Under the pieces are notes generated by a model. The model was not told the origin of the DNA, made no database searches, and saw nothing but the letters and a program-made list of their open reading frames with translations. Positions 16,734 through 24,323 of a DNA stretch of 64,000 nt are shown piece after piece (the first letter of the stretch is position 1; the number at the start of each line of letters is the position of its first letter). Source of the DNA: an uncultured Thermoplasmatales archaeon (GTDB lineage: Archaea > Thermoplasmatota > SW-10-69-26); contig CAZOQA010000004.1 of the NCBI GenBank assembly GCA_964581775.1, forward strand, positions 3,786-67,785, read 5' to 3'. A program made the translations under genes and the position numbers.

Positions 16734-17381
16734 ATGCCAATCGGTCAAAAACTCAAGTCGGGAAAGCCAGGCTTCCTAAGCTGGCTGAACTCCGTCTTCG
16801 GCAAGGAACAAGCCAAGATCGGGATCTATGGCCCCCCCAACGCGGGCAAGACCACGCTCGCGAACCGGATCGTCCGCGACTGGGCGGGCGATGTGATGGG
16901 CGCGGCCAGCGAGGTCCCGCACGAGACGCGCCGAGCTCGGCGCAAAGCGAACATCCAGATGAGCCAGAACGGCTCGGGCCTCACGTTGGACATCGTGGAC
17001 ACGCCCGGCATCGCCACGAAGATCGACTTCGAGGAGTTCGTGGAAGACCACGAGATGGAGGAGGGCGAGGCCAAGGACCGGGCCAAGGAGGCCACGGAGG
17101 GCGTCGTGGAAGCCATCCGATGGCTCGACGACGTCGACGGCATCATCCTCGTCATGGACGCGACCATGGACCCGTTCAACCAGGTCAACGTGACCATCCT
17201 GGGCAACCTGGAAGCTCGTCGACTCCCCGTGGTCATCGCCGCGAACAAGATCGACCTGCCCGAGTCCTCGCCGGCGACGCTCAAGAACGCGTTCCCGCAG
17301 CACCCCGTCGTGCCCATCAGCGCGATCACCGGGTACAACGTGGACCAGCTGTACGAGACCATGATCGAGAACTTCAGCTAG
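16734..17381 (+). CDS. small GTP-binding protein (Era/Arf-like P-loop GTPase, archaeal conserved)
   Basis: The G1 motif is GPPNAGKTT, G3 is DTPG and G4 is ANKID. An AGGAGGG SD lies 5 nt upstream of the ATG at 16734. Confidence 0.85.
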   Translation: MPIGQKLKSGKPGFLSWLNSVFGKEQAKIGIYGPPNAGKTTLANRIVRDWAGDVMGAASEVPHETRRARRKANIQMSQNGSGLTLDIVDTPGIATKIDFEEFVEDHEMEEGEAKDRAKEATEGVVEAIRWLDDVDGIILVMDATMDPFNQVNVTILGNLEARRLPVVIAANKIDLPESSPATLKNAFPQHPVVPISAITGYNVDQLYETMIENFS

Positions 17382-17392
17382 AGGTGGCTTCA

Positions 17393-17806
17393 TTGACGAG
17401 CAACGGCTCCGGCGGCGTCAAGATCAACCTCGTGTCGAAAGCCAAGCTGGACGATATGTCCCTCCAGGAGAAGATCCGGTTCATCCTCGACGAGGTCCAA
17501 CAGGACGTGATCCTCGTCCTCGAGGAAGGCTTGGATCCGAACGAGGAGGCCAAGCTGATCGAGTCCACCATGGTCGAGATCGATCCCGACAGCTTCACAG
17601 GGATCGAGATGGAAAGCCAACGCAACCCCGAGGCCTCGGGCATCATCGGGAAGCTGTTCCGACGCTCCCCCTACGGGGACCGGGCCAGCATGACCGTGGT
17701 CGGGCCAGCGGACAAGCTGCGCACCGTGTACAAGGACGGGGACAGCATCGAAGCCATGGTCCTCTCCGAGACCGCGGAAGCCGCCAGCGGCACCCCGGCG
17801 GTGTGA
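17393..17806 (+). CDS. DUF2073-like protein (partner of the archaeal GTPase)
   Basis: It starts immediately after the GTPase stop. The start is TTG 17393, preceded by a GAGGTG SD; GTG 17384 is the alternative. The sequence is VKINLVSKAKLDDMSLQEKIRFILDEVQQDVILVLEEGLDPNEEAKLIE. The family call comes from gene-order memory plus sequence character. Confidence 0.6.
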   Translation: MTSNGSGGVKINLVSKAKLDDMSLQEKIRFILDEVQQDVILVLEEGLDPNEEAKLIESTMVEIDPDSFTGIEMESQRNPEASGIIGKLFRRSPYGDRASMTVVGPADKLRTVYKDGDSIEAMVLSETAEAASGTPAV

Positions 17807-17809
17807 CGC

Positions 17810-18445
17810 GTGCCCCACCAGTGCCTCTCCTGCGGGGAAACCTTCGAAGACGGGTCCAGCGACCTCCTCGACGGGTGCCCCGGGTGCGAGGGCACGCAGT
17901 TCTTCTTCACCGAGGAACCCCTCGACCCCAACGAGCGGGAAGAGCTCCAAGAGGAAGCCGACCAGCGCAACGTGAACGAGATGCTCCAGGAGGTCCTCGA
18001 CGGGGCGGACAAGAGCGACCTCGACGAGGACCTGTTCAGCCGGGACGCCTGGGAGGACTGGATCCGTCTGCGCAAGGACGAGGACGGCGAGGTCCACCAG
18101 GAGGACGTCGCCTTCGAGACGCTCACGCCCGAAGAAGAGAAGACCGAGCTGCGCGCCTCGGAAGCCGTGCAAGTCAGCCTCGAGGACGTCCAGGAAGCCG
18201 ACGCCCCCGAGCCCGCCGCCGAACCCGCTCCGCCCGCGGACGAGCACGTGCCCGCCGGTGACGTCGAACCCATAGCCCCGGACGCCCAGGAAGCCGAGCC
18301 CGGTCGGCCCTCCACGTTGAACATCGAGAACCCGGGCAAGTACGAGATCGACGTGGAACGCTTGATGGAGGACAGCCCCGTCATCGTGGAACGCGACGGG
18401 TCCTTCGTGATCCACCTACCCAGCGTGTTCGAGCGAAGCAAGTAG
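17810..18445 (+). CDS. Zn-ribbon-containing protein (DUF2072-like) with a long acidic linker
   Basis: GTG start. The N-terminus is CLSCG...CPGCEG. It is followed by about 130 aa of E/D/P-rich low-complexity sequence and a small C-terminal domain. Confidence 0.65.
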   Translation: MPHQCLSCGETFEDGSSDLLDGCPGCEGTQFFFTEEPLDPNEREELQEEADQRNVNEMLQEVLDGADKSDLDEDLFSRDAWEDWIRLRKDEDGEVHQEDVAFETLTPEEEKTELRASEAVQVSLEDVQEADAPEPAAEPAPPADEHVPAGDVEPIAPDAQEAEPGRPSTLNIENPGKYEIDVERLMEDSPVIVERDGSFVIHLPSVFERSK

Positions 18446-18452
18446 GCCCGGG

Positions 18453-18671
18453 TCAGTACGTCGTCAACAGGATCGTATCCTCGTCCCCCACCGGTGTCTT
18501 GGCTCCCTCCAAGCGCTCCGCGTCGACGCCGTCGATGAACACGCGCGGGTCCGCCTGCTCAAGCCAAGGGACGCGCTCTTGGATCTTCTCAAGGGCCTCG
18601 CCCAGGGTGACCGCATCCACCTCGACGGTCCCCGGCTCGTCCAACCCGTTCCCGAGGACGATACGGACCAC
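18453..18671 (-). CDS. small beta-grasp (MoaD/ThiS-like) protein lacking a C-terminal Gly-Gly
   Basis: The product is 72 aa. MVRIVLGN...VTLGEALEKIQERVPWL...VFIDGVDAE...TPVGDEDTILLTTY has the layout of a MoaD/ThiS ubiquitin-like fold but ends in TTY. Confidence 0.5.
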   Translation of the reverse strand: MVRIVLGNGLDEPGTVEVDAVTLGEALEKIQERVPWLEQADPRVFIDGVDAERLEGAKTPVGDEDTILLTTY

Positions 18672-18716
18672 GCGGGGACAACCAGCGCGGAAGGAAAAAC
18701 CGTTGCGCCCGAAGGC

Positions 18717-20153
18717 TCAGTACGTGCTCTTGTGGGGCTCGATCTCGCGGGCCCACGCATCCACGCCGCCCTCGAGGTTGTACGCGCTCAAGCCGACCGA
18801 TCGGAGGAACTGCGTGGCTTTGGCGCTGCGGGCCCCGCTTTTGCAGTACGCGACGATGTCCTTGTCGGGAGGCAGCTCGCTGACGCGGTCTGGCAGATCG
18901 TCCAGCGGCACGTGCTCGCTGTCCTCGATGCGCACGATGTCCCGTTCCCAGCCCTCGCGCACGTCCAAGACCACAAGGTCCTCCCGTGCGCGTTCCTCGG
19001 CGAGCTCCTCGACCGTGATCTCTTGTCCGTCCATCTCGTCCTCCTGGTCCCGCAGCCCGCAGAACGCTTCGTAATCGATCAGCTCGGTGATCTCGGGGTC
19101 GTCCCCGCAGACGGGGCACTCGGGGTCCTTCTGGATGTCGACCTCGTCGAAGCTTGCCTCCCGAGCACTGTAGAGGATCAACCGACCGGTCAGAGGAGAG
19201 CCTTCCCCGAGCAGGATCTTGAGGGTCTCCGTGGCTTGGAGCACGCCCAGCGTGCCGGGAAGCACACCCAGGACGCCTCCTTCGGCGCAGCTGGGAACCA
19301 GGCCCGGGGGCGGGGGTTGCGGGTAAAGGCACCGGTAGCAGGGTCCCTGCTCGTTGGGCCAGAACACGCTGGCTTGTCCTTCGAAGCGGAAGATGCTTGC
19401 GTGCACGTTGGGCGTGTCCGTGATCACGCAGGCGTCGTTGGTGAGGTAGCGCGTGGGGAAGTTATCGGTCCCGTCCACGACCACGTCGTACTCGTCGACG
19501 AGGTCGAGCGCGTTCTCGCTGGTCAAGCGCGTGTCGTGGGCCTCGATGGTGACGTGGGGGTTCAGGCTCTCCAGGCGGCGCTTGGCCGCGTGGACCTTCT
19601 TGTCCCCTTCGTCTTCGTGCGCGTAGAGGATCTGCCGGTGGAGGTTGCTTGCGTTCACGATGTCTGGGTCCACGATGCCGATGCGGCCTACGCCTGCTGC
19701 GGCCAGGTAGAGGAGCGTGGGCGCGCCGAGGCCTCCGGCGCCGACGACGAGCGCGCTGGAGGCTTTGAGCCGTCGTTGTCCTTCCTGTCCGACGTCTGGG
19801 AGGATCAGGTGGCGTCCGTAGAACCGGAGCTCTTCCTGGTCGAGCTCGGGGAGGCCTTGGGCCCCGTTGGTGCCGCCGGGGGCTCCGCCGGCGACGGCGG
19901 GGAGCACGAGCACGGTGTCTGTGTCCCCTAGCTCGGTTTGGGGGCCGTCGAGTTCCTTGATGTTGGTCCCGTTGACGAAGAAGTTCACGAACCGTTGGAG
20001 CTCGTCTTCTTCGTCGAGGAGGTTCTCCCGGAGGTCCGGGTAGGTTTCGACGAGCTGGTGTACGGCTTCGTCGACGCGGTCTGCGGGCACGTCGATTTCG
20101 CTGTTGTCGTCGGCTTTGGGTCGAAGCGGGGCGGGGATCCGGACCTTCACCAT
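18717..20153 (-). CDS. fusion protein: MoaD/CysO-like Ubl domain (ending AVAGG), MoeB/ThiF-type E1 adenylyltransferase and rhodanese
   Basis: ATG at 20151-20153. Residues 1-90 are MVKVRIP...FVNGTNIKELDGPQTELGDTDTVLVLPAVAGG, with the GG codons at 19884-19889. The E1 part has ALVVGAGGLGAPTLLYLAAAGVG, SNLHRQ, DGTDNFPTRYLTNDA, CYRCLYP and CPVCG. The rhodanese part has AYCKSGARS. Confidence 0.85.
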   Translation of the reverse strand: MVKVRIPAPLRPKADDNSEIDVPADRVDEAVHQLVETYPDLRENLLDEEDELQRFVNFFVNGTNIKELDGPQTELGDTDTVLVLPAVAGGAPGGTNGAQGLPELDQEELRFYGRHLILPDVGQEGQRRLKASSALVVGAGGLGAPTLLYLAAAGVGRIGIVDPDIVNASNLHRQILYAHEDEGDKKVHAAKRRLESLNPHVTIEAHDTRLTSENALDLVDEYDVVVDGTDNFPTRYLTNDACVITDTPNVHASIFRFEGQASVFWPNEQGPCYRCLYPQPPPPGLVPSCAEGGVLGVLPGTLGVLQATETLKILLGEGSPLTGRLILYSAREASFDEVDIQKDPECPVCGDDPEITELIDYEAFCGLRDQEDEMDGQEITVEELAEERAREDLVVLDVREGWERDIVRIEDSEHVPLDDLPDRVSELPPDKDIVAYCKSGARSAKATQFLRSVGLSAYNLEGGVDAWAREIEPHKSTY

Positions 20154-20226
20154 CGCGGCTTGATGCACGCCTGCTCGGGGAAAAACGTTCCGCTCAAGGC
20201 AACAAGGGGTTGCCGAAGGTCTTGGC

Positions 20227-20640
20227 CTAGGCGTCGTGGCGTGCGTGGAGCGTGATGGGTTGGAAGCGTTGGCCGTCCCAGCGGCCGGCGTGGAAGGTCA
20301 GCGGGTCGAGGCTGAGGATGATGTACGCGGTATCGGGCCAGCTTGCGCGGGCGTGGTCCGTGGTGGAGAACCGGGCGGGGCCTTGGGGGTGGGAGTGGTA
20401 GAAGGCGACGATCTCGTGGGCGTCGTCTTGGGTGTCCGTGACGGCTTGGTGCAGGGCGTGGGGGTCGATCTCGTATTCGGTTCGGGGGTTCTCGTGCACG
20501 TTCTTAACGGGGTGGGCGTGGGCGGCTTTGCCGGCGTGGGGGCCGGTGAGGATGCCGCAGCATTCCAGGGGGGCTTCGTCGAGAGCGTGCTGCGTGATGG
20601 TCTCGACGACGGAGGGGTCAAGGTGGAGGGTCTTCGTCAT
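20227..20640 (-). CDS. JAMM/MPN+ metalloprotease (Mec/CysO-peptidase-like)
   Basis: Motifs are EAPLECCGIL, AFYHSHPQGPARFSTTD (H-S-H-x7-S-x2-D). Its ATG overlaps the cysM stop (ATGA at 20637-20640) and a GGGGGAG SD lies upstream. Only the last 137 codons of track ORF 20227..21945 are real. Confidence 0.85.
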   Translation of the reverse strand: MTKTLHLDPSVVETITQHALDEAPLECCGILTGPHAGKAAHAHPVKNVHENPRTEYEIDPHALHQAVTDTQDDAHEIVAFYHSHPQGPARFSTTDHARASWPDTAYIILSLDPLTFHAGRWDGQRFQPITLHARHDA

Positions 20641-21572
20641 GGGGTCTCCCCCGTGGCGTGGCGGACGTGCTCGGCGTAGAGCGTGGAGGCGTATCGGTCG
20701 AACCCGTCGGGGAGGATCGTCACGATGCGGCCTTCGCCGAGTTCGCGGGCGAGGGCTTGGCTCCCGGCGAGGGCGGCGCCGGCGCTGGGGCCCAGCGCGA
20801 GCCCTGCCTCGTCGACGAGGCGGACGCTGGCATCCCAGGCGTCGTGCGTGTCCACGGTGCGCTGGTCGTCGAGGAGGGAGGCATCCAAGACGCGGGGGGT
20901 CTTGTTCGTGTCCAGGTGCTTCCAGCCTTCCATCCCGTGGAGGGCGCGTGCGGGTTGGAGCCCGATGATGTCGACGTGGGGGGCGGCTTCGTCGAGGAAG
21001 CGGGCGGTGCCGGTGATGGTGCCGCCGGTCCCGATGCCGGCGACCAGGTGCGTGACGTGGGGGGCTTGGTCGAGGATCTCGGGACCGGTGGTCTCCTGGT
21101 GGGAGCGGGGGTTCTCGGGGTTGGAGTACTGGTCGACGTATTCGACGGCGTGGGGGTCTTGGTCGACGTGGGCTTGGCAGGCGTCGATGGCCCCGTCTTG
21201 GCCGTCTTCGCCGGGGGTGAGCGTGACGTCGGCGCCGTACAGGGAGAAGAGGTCCTTGCGCTCTTGGCTGGCGTTCTCGGGCATGAAAAGGTGCACGTCG
21301 AACCCGAACGCGCGCCCCATCAGGGCGTACGCGATGCCCGTGTTCCCGCTGGTGGCGTCCACGAGGGTGCGTCCTTTCTCCAGGCGGGGCCAGGCCTCGC
21401 GGGCGATGAACAGGGCGGGGCGGTCTTTGACGGAGCCCCCAGGGTTGGCGGCTTCGAGCTTCCCGTGGATGGCGACGCTCGGGTTGGGGGAGAGCGCGGA
21501 CAGGTCCACGAGGGGCGTATCGCCGACCAGGCCGGCCACGGGCGGGTCCGGGCCGGGGGGTCCATCGTCCAC
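20637..21572 (-). CDS. cysM: PLP-dependent cysteine synthase family enzyme (CysM/CysK-like)
   Basis: Motifs are TPLVDLS, KLEAANPGGSVKDRPA (PLP lysine), TSGNTGIAYA and GIGTGGTITG. GTG start at 21572. Confidence 0.85.
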   Translation of the reverse strand: MDDGPPGPDPPVAGLVGDTPLVDLSALSPNPSVAIHGKLEAANPGGSVKDRPALFIAREAWPRLEKGRTLVDATSGNTGIAYALMGRAFGFDVHLFMPENASQERKDLFSLYGADVTLTPGEDGQDGAIDACQAHVDQDPHAVEYVDQYSNPENPRSHQETTGPEILDQAPHVTHLVAGIGTGGTITGTARFLDEAAPHVDIIGLQPARALHGMEGWKHLDTNKTPRVLDASLLDDQRTVDTHDAWDASVRLVDEAGLALGPSAGAALAGSQALARELGEGRIVTILPDGFDRYASTLYAEHVRHATGETP

Positions 21573-21694
21573 GGTGCGTGGGAGAGGGGGCGGGTTGATG
21601 AGGGTTTGGTTCGCGGCGAGGCGGGGTCGCGCGTGGGACCCACCAGCCCTTGTTATGTAGTACCGTGGACGTACCGTACCGGCGGGTGAAGATC

Positions 21695-21991
21695 ATGCAC
21701 CCGACCCCCCGAACGCGCATCGTCCGAGACAGCCACGGAGACATCGTCGGCCTCTCCCAAGGGTTCCGCCCCGACCCCCTCACGGGACGCTTGGGCCTCC
21801 AGATTGAGCTCCTCCCCGACCCGGGAGACGCCATCGGCACCGGGGACCGGACCCTGCGAATCGACGACAGGAACCTCACCGCGCTCCGCCGGGACGAGAT
21901 CGTGATCGACCTCTCCCTCGACGAACTCAAACGCCTCGGACCCACCGGGCCCGCAGGACCTCCGAAGCGACAGCCCCCCCAACACGCCTAA
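21695..21991 (+). CDS. hypothetical small protein
   Basis: ATG at 21695. There is a strong C/G third-position bias in this frame. I recognised no family. An equally long antisense ORF also exists. Confidence 0.35.
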   Translation: MHPTPRTRIVRDSHGDIVGLSQGFRPDPLTGRLGLQIELLPDPGDAIGTGDRTLRIDDRNLTALRRDEIVIDLSLDELKRLGPTGPAGPPKRQPPQHA

Positions 21992-22090
21992 CACCGCTCA
22001 CCTGGGCCGCGGGACGCCCGGCGCGTCCCGCCCCTTGTTTCAACGACCTGACCACACGCTTCACGTACCCCCTCGCCACCCCCTCTCCTG

Positions 22091-23260
22091 ATGCACCTGC
22101 GCTGGTCCCTGCTCATCGCTCTCGCCGCCGCTCTCGCCCTCGCCGGATGCCTGGGCGCCACCGGCGACGACGGCGACGCGACACCCCCCGCGCACGAGGC
22201 CACCCCTGCGGAGGACCTCGATGCCTCCCCCTCCAGCCAGAACCTCACCCCCCTCGAGTTCTCTCTCGAGGAACCCTATCACGAGGTCCTCTGGGCCAAC
22301 GGATCCTACCAACCCCACGAATCCTGCAACACCGGCGGATGCGTCACCGGGGACGCCTACCGCCAGATCCCGCTCGACGGGCTCCCCGACCAAGCCCCCG
22401 TCCGCATCGACGCCACGCTCACCTACGACACCGGGACCGGGTCCCTCTTCGCGGGCCCCATGACCGTCACGCTCGGCGCAGAGGACGCCACCGTGTACGC
22501 CTACCAAGAATCAGACGACACGGGCAAGCACACCCTCCAAGCCACCCTGCTCACCGGGACCAGCTCGCCCGTCCTCGAGATCGCCTCCTGGTGGCCCAGC
22601 GGGAACCCCGACGGCACCTACTCCCTGAAAGCCACCCTCACAGCGGGCCCCGCCACCGTCCCCGCAGGCGTGCCCGTCGCCCTCGAACTCGAACCCGGTG
22701 ACACGCTCCACGCCGCCCCCGTGGAGGGCTCCGCCACCATCGACCTGCACGACGCCGAAGACACCCTCCTCGACCGGATCAGCCTCGACGACGACGCCCC
22801 GCCCCTCGAGATCCCCCAGCACGCCGAACCCGGCGAACACGTGCTCCGCCCCCACGGGGGAAGCATCGAGATCCGGGCCAACGCCACCGATTCCGACCTG
22901 CGCCCTCTGCCGATCACGCAAACGCTCGGCGACGCCCACGAGGCCCAAGCCGACCAGCCGCTTGAGTTCACGTTCGACGCGCCCAAGAACCTGATCAACG
23001 TCGGCGTCTACGCGACCGACCAAGGGGACCAGGGCGCCTCCGCGTCGCAAGGCACCGTCTCGATGGCGGGCCCGAACGGATCCATCGTCGAGCAAGAAGG
23101 CTTCGGCTGCACGATCTGCATCACGAACGGGTACGAGGCCATCCTCACGGGCTCTTCTTCCGATCCCAGCATCGTGCCCGGGACGTACGAGGTCGCGTAC
23201 GAGCCGGGCGCCGAGGAAGGCTACGCGATCGGGGGCCTCGTCGTCACGTACGAACGCTGA
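22091..23260 (+). CDS. acidic lipoprotein, unknown function
   Basis: MHLRWSLLIALAAALALAGC is a signal peptide plus lipobox. The remainder is D/E/T-rich and looks like beta-rich sequence. Confidence 0.7.
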   Translation: MHLRWSLLIALAAALALAGCLGATGDDGDATPPAHEATPAEDLDASPSSQNLTPLEFSLEEPYHEVLWANGSYQPHESCNTGGCVTGDAYRQIPLDGLPDQAPVRIDATLTYDTGTGSLFAGPMTVTLGAEDATVYAYQESDDTGKHTLQATLLTGTSSPVLEIASWWPSGNPDGTYSLKATLTAGPATVPAGVPVALELEPGDTLHAAPVEGSATIDLHDAEDTLLDRISLDDDAPPLEIPQHAEPGEHVLRPHGGSIEIRANATDSDLRPLPITQTLGDAHEAQADQPLEFTFDAPKNLINVGVYATDQGDQGASASQGTVSMAGPNGSIVEQEGFGCTICITNGYEAILTGSSSDPSIVPGTYEVAYEPGAEEGYAIGGLVVTYER

Positions 23261-23278
23261 GAACGCGGACCGTCGAGC

Positions 23279-24202
23279 TTACGCGTGCGCGGGGGCGTCG
23301 TTCGTGCCGAACACGGACCCGTGGCTGCTCTTCAACAGCTCCATGTACTCGTCGAGGTTCGGCCCGCGGCTTTTGAACCGGGCCAGGACCTCGTCCCAGT
23401 CCGGCTGATAAGCCACGTGCCAGCCCCCTCGCTCGTCCTCGTCCTCGTGCGCGTCGATCTCCAAGCCCAGGTCCTTGACGCGGGGGATGACCTGGTCGTA
23501 CCACTCGTACCGCATCTCGTCGTTCGTCATCGAGCGCAGCCCGTAGTCGATGATGTCCTGCACGTGCGTGGATTGCCGGTTCTCGGGCCCGAACCACTCC
23601 ACGCCGTGCGGCCACAAGCGATCGACCGCGTCTTGCAGCATCTGGCGCGTCGTCGCGGTCCCATTGGCCAGGCGCTTCATCCAAAGATCGCCGTGGCGCT
23701 GGTGAAACTTCTCCTCGATGTCGATCTTCTTCAATGCGCGCCGCCAGGGGCCGTACGAGCAGTGCTTGCTGATGTCGCCCAGTTGCACCGCGCCGGCCCG
23801 GTCGAAGAACGCGTTCGCGACGGCCAACTCGGCCCAGTTGTTCAACCGGTAGTCGAAGAAGTGCATGTTCTTGTACTCGTGCTTGTCGCGGCCGTACACG
23901 AGCTGGTCCTTGTCCTCGCCCAGGTCCTCCAAGAGCCGGTACATGATGTTCGCGTGCCCGGCCTCGTCCTGCACGACGGCGCTGGCGCTGATGCGCATAT
24001 CCAGCGTGGGCGCCGTGTTCGCCACGGGCTGGTAGCAGAGCACGCTCATCAGCTCCGTGTCGGCTTGCACGAGCATCAACCGCTTGAGCGCCTTCAGGTA
24101 CCCGGGGCTCATCTCTTCGATGCTCTCGATGGTCTCGCCCCGCGCGACGGCTTGTTTGACCTCGTCGTCGGTGCGCTGGGGTTCGGGGAGGTCCTCGGGC
24201 AT
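23279..24202 (-). CDS. paaA: ferritin-like diiron oxygenase subunit, PaaA (1,2-phenylacetyl-CoA epoxidase subunit A)-like
   Basis: The sequence contains LKALKRLMLVQADTELMS...VVQDEAGHANIMYRLLEDLG...EEKFHQRHG, with E-x-x-H type diiron motifs in PaaA-like spacing. Confidence 0.7.
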   Translation of the reverse strand: MPEDLPEPQRTDDEVKQAVARGETIESIEEMSPGYLKALKRLMLVQADTELMSVLCYQPVANTAPTLDMRISASAVVQDEAGHANIMYRLLEDLGEDKDQLVYGRDKHEYKNMHFFDYRLNNWAELAVANAFFDRAGAVQLGDISKHCSYGPWRRALKKIDIEEKFHQRHGDLWMKRLANGTATTRQMLQDAVDRLWPHGVEWFGPENRQSTHVQDIIDYGLRSMTNDEMRYEWYDQVIPRVKDLGLEIDAHEDEDERGGWHVAYQPDWDEVLARFKSRGPNLDEYMELLKSSHGSVFGTNDAPAHA

Positions 24203-24225
24203 CAGGGTCCCTTACGCCAGGACGG

Positions 24226-24235
24226 TTTGATATAC
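24226..24235 (-). promoter_or_regulatory. TATA-like box upstream of the paaA-like gene
   Basis: tttgatatac is the only AT-rich block in this region. It lies 24-33 nt upstream of the ATG at 24202 on the minus strand. Confidence 0.35.
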
Positions 24236-24323
24236 GTTCCCTTGGCCGGGGGCCAGCAAGGGTGCGCGTGCTTGTGTGCGCGGAGGAGAACCTTTTTGCT
24301 CGATCACGTCGAAGAGGGGAGCG

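Noticed and set aside
18453-18731. Both the E1 fusion (..HKSTY) and the small Ubl-like protein (..LLTTY) end in Thr-Tyr, a possible shared C-terminal signal
   Set aside because: Two residues of identity in two proteins is well within chance. I found no other support for it.
20227-21945. 572-aa minus ORF spanning the JAMM and cysM regions
   Set aside because: Only the last 137 codons (from the ATG at 20640) encode the JAMM domain. The rest is an R/P-rich alternative frame of cysM.
21653-21994. 113-aa minus ORF mirroring the 21695..21991 plus ORF
   Set aside because: Third-position C/G bias favours the plus frame. The minus product is G/R/V-rich. Neither ORF has homology I can recognise, so the plus call itself has low confidence.
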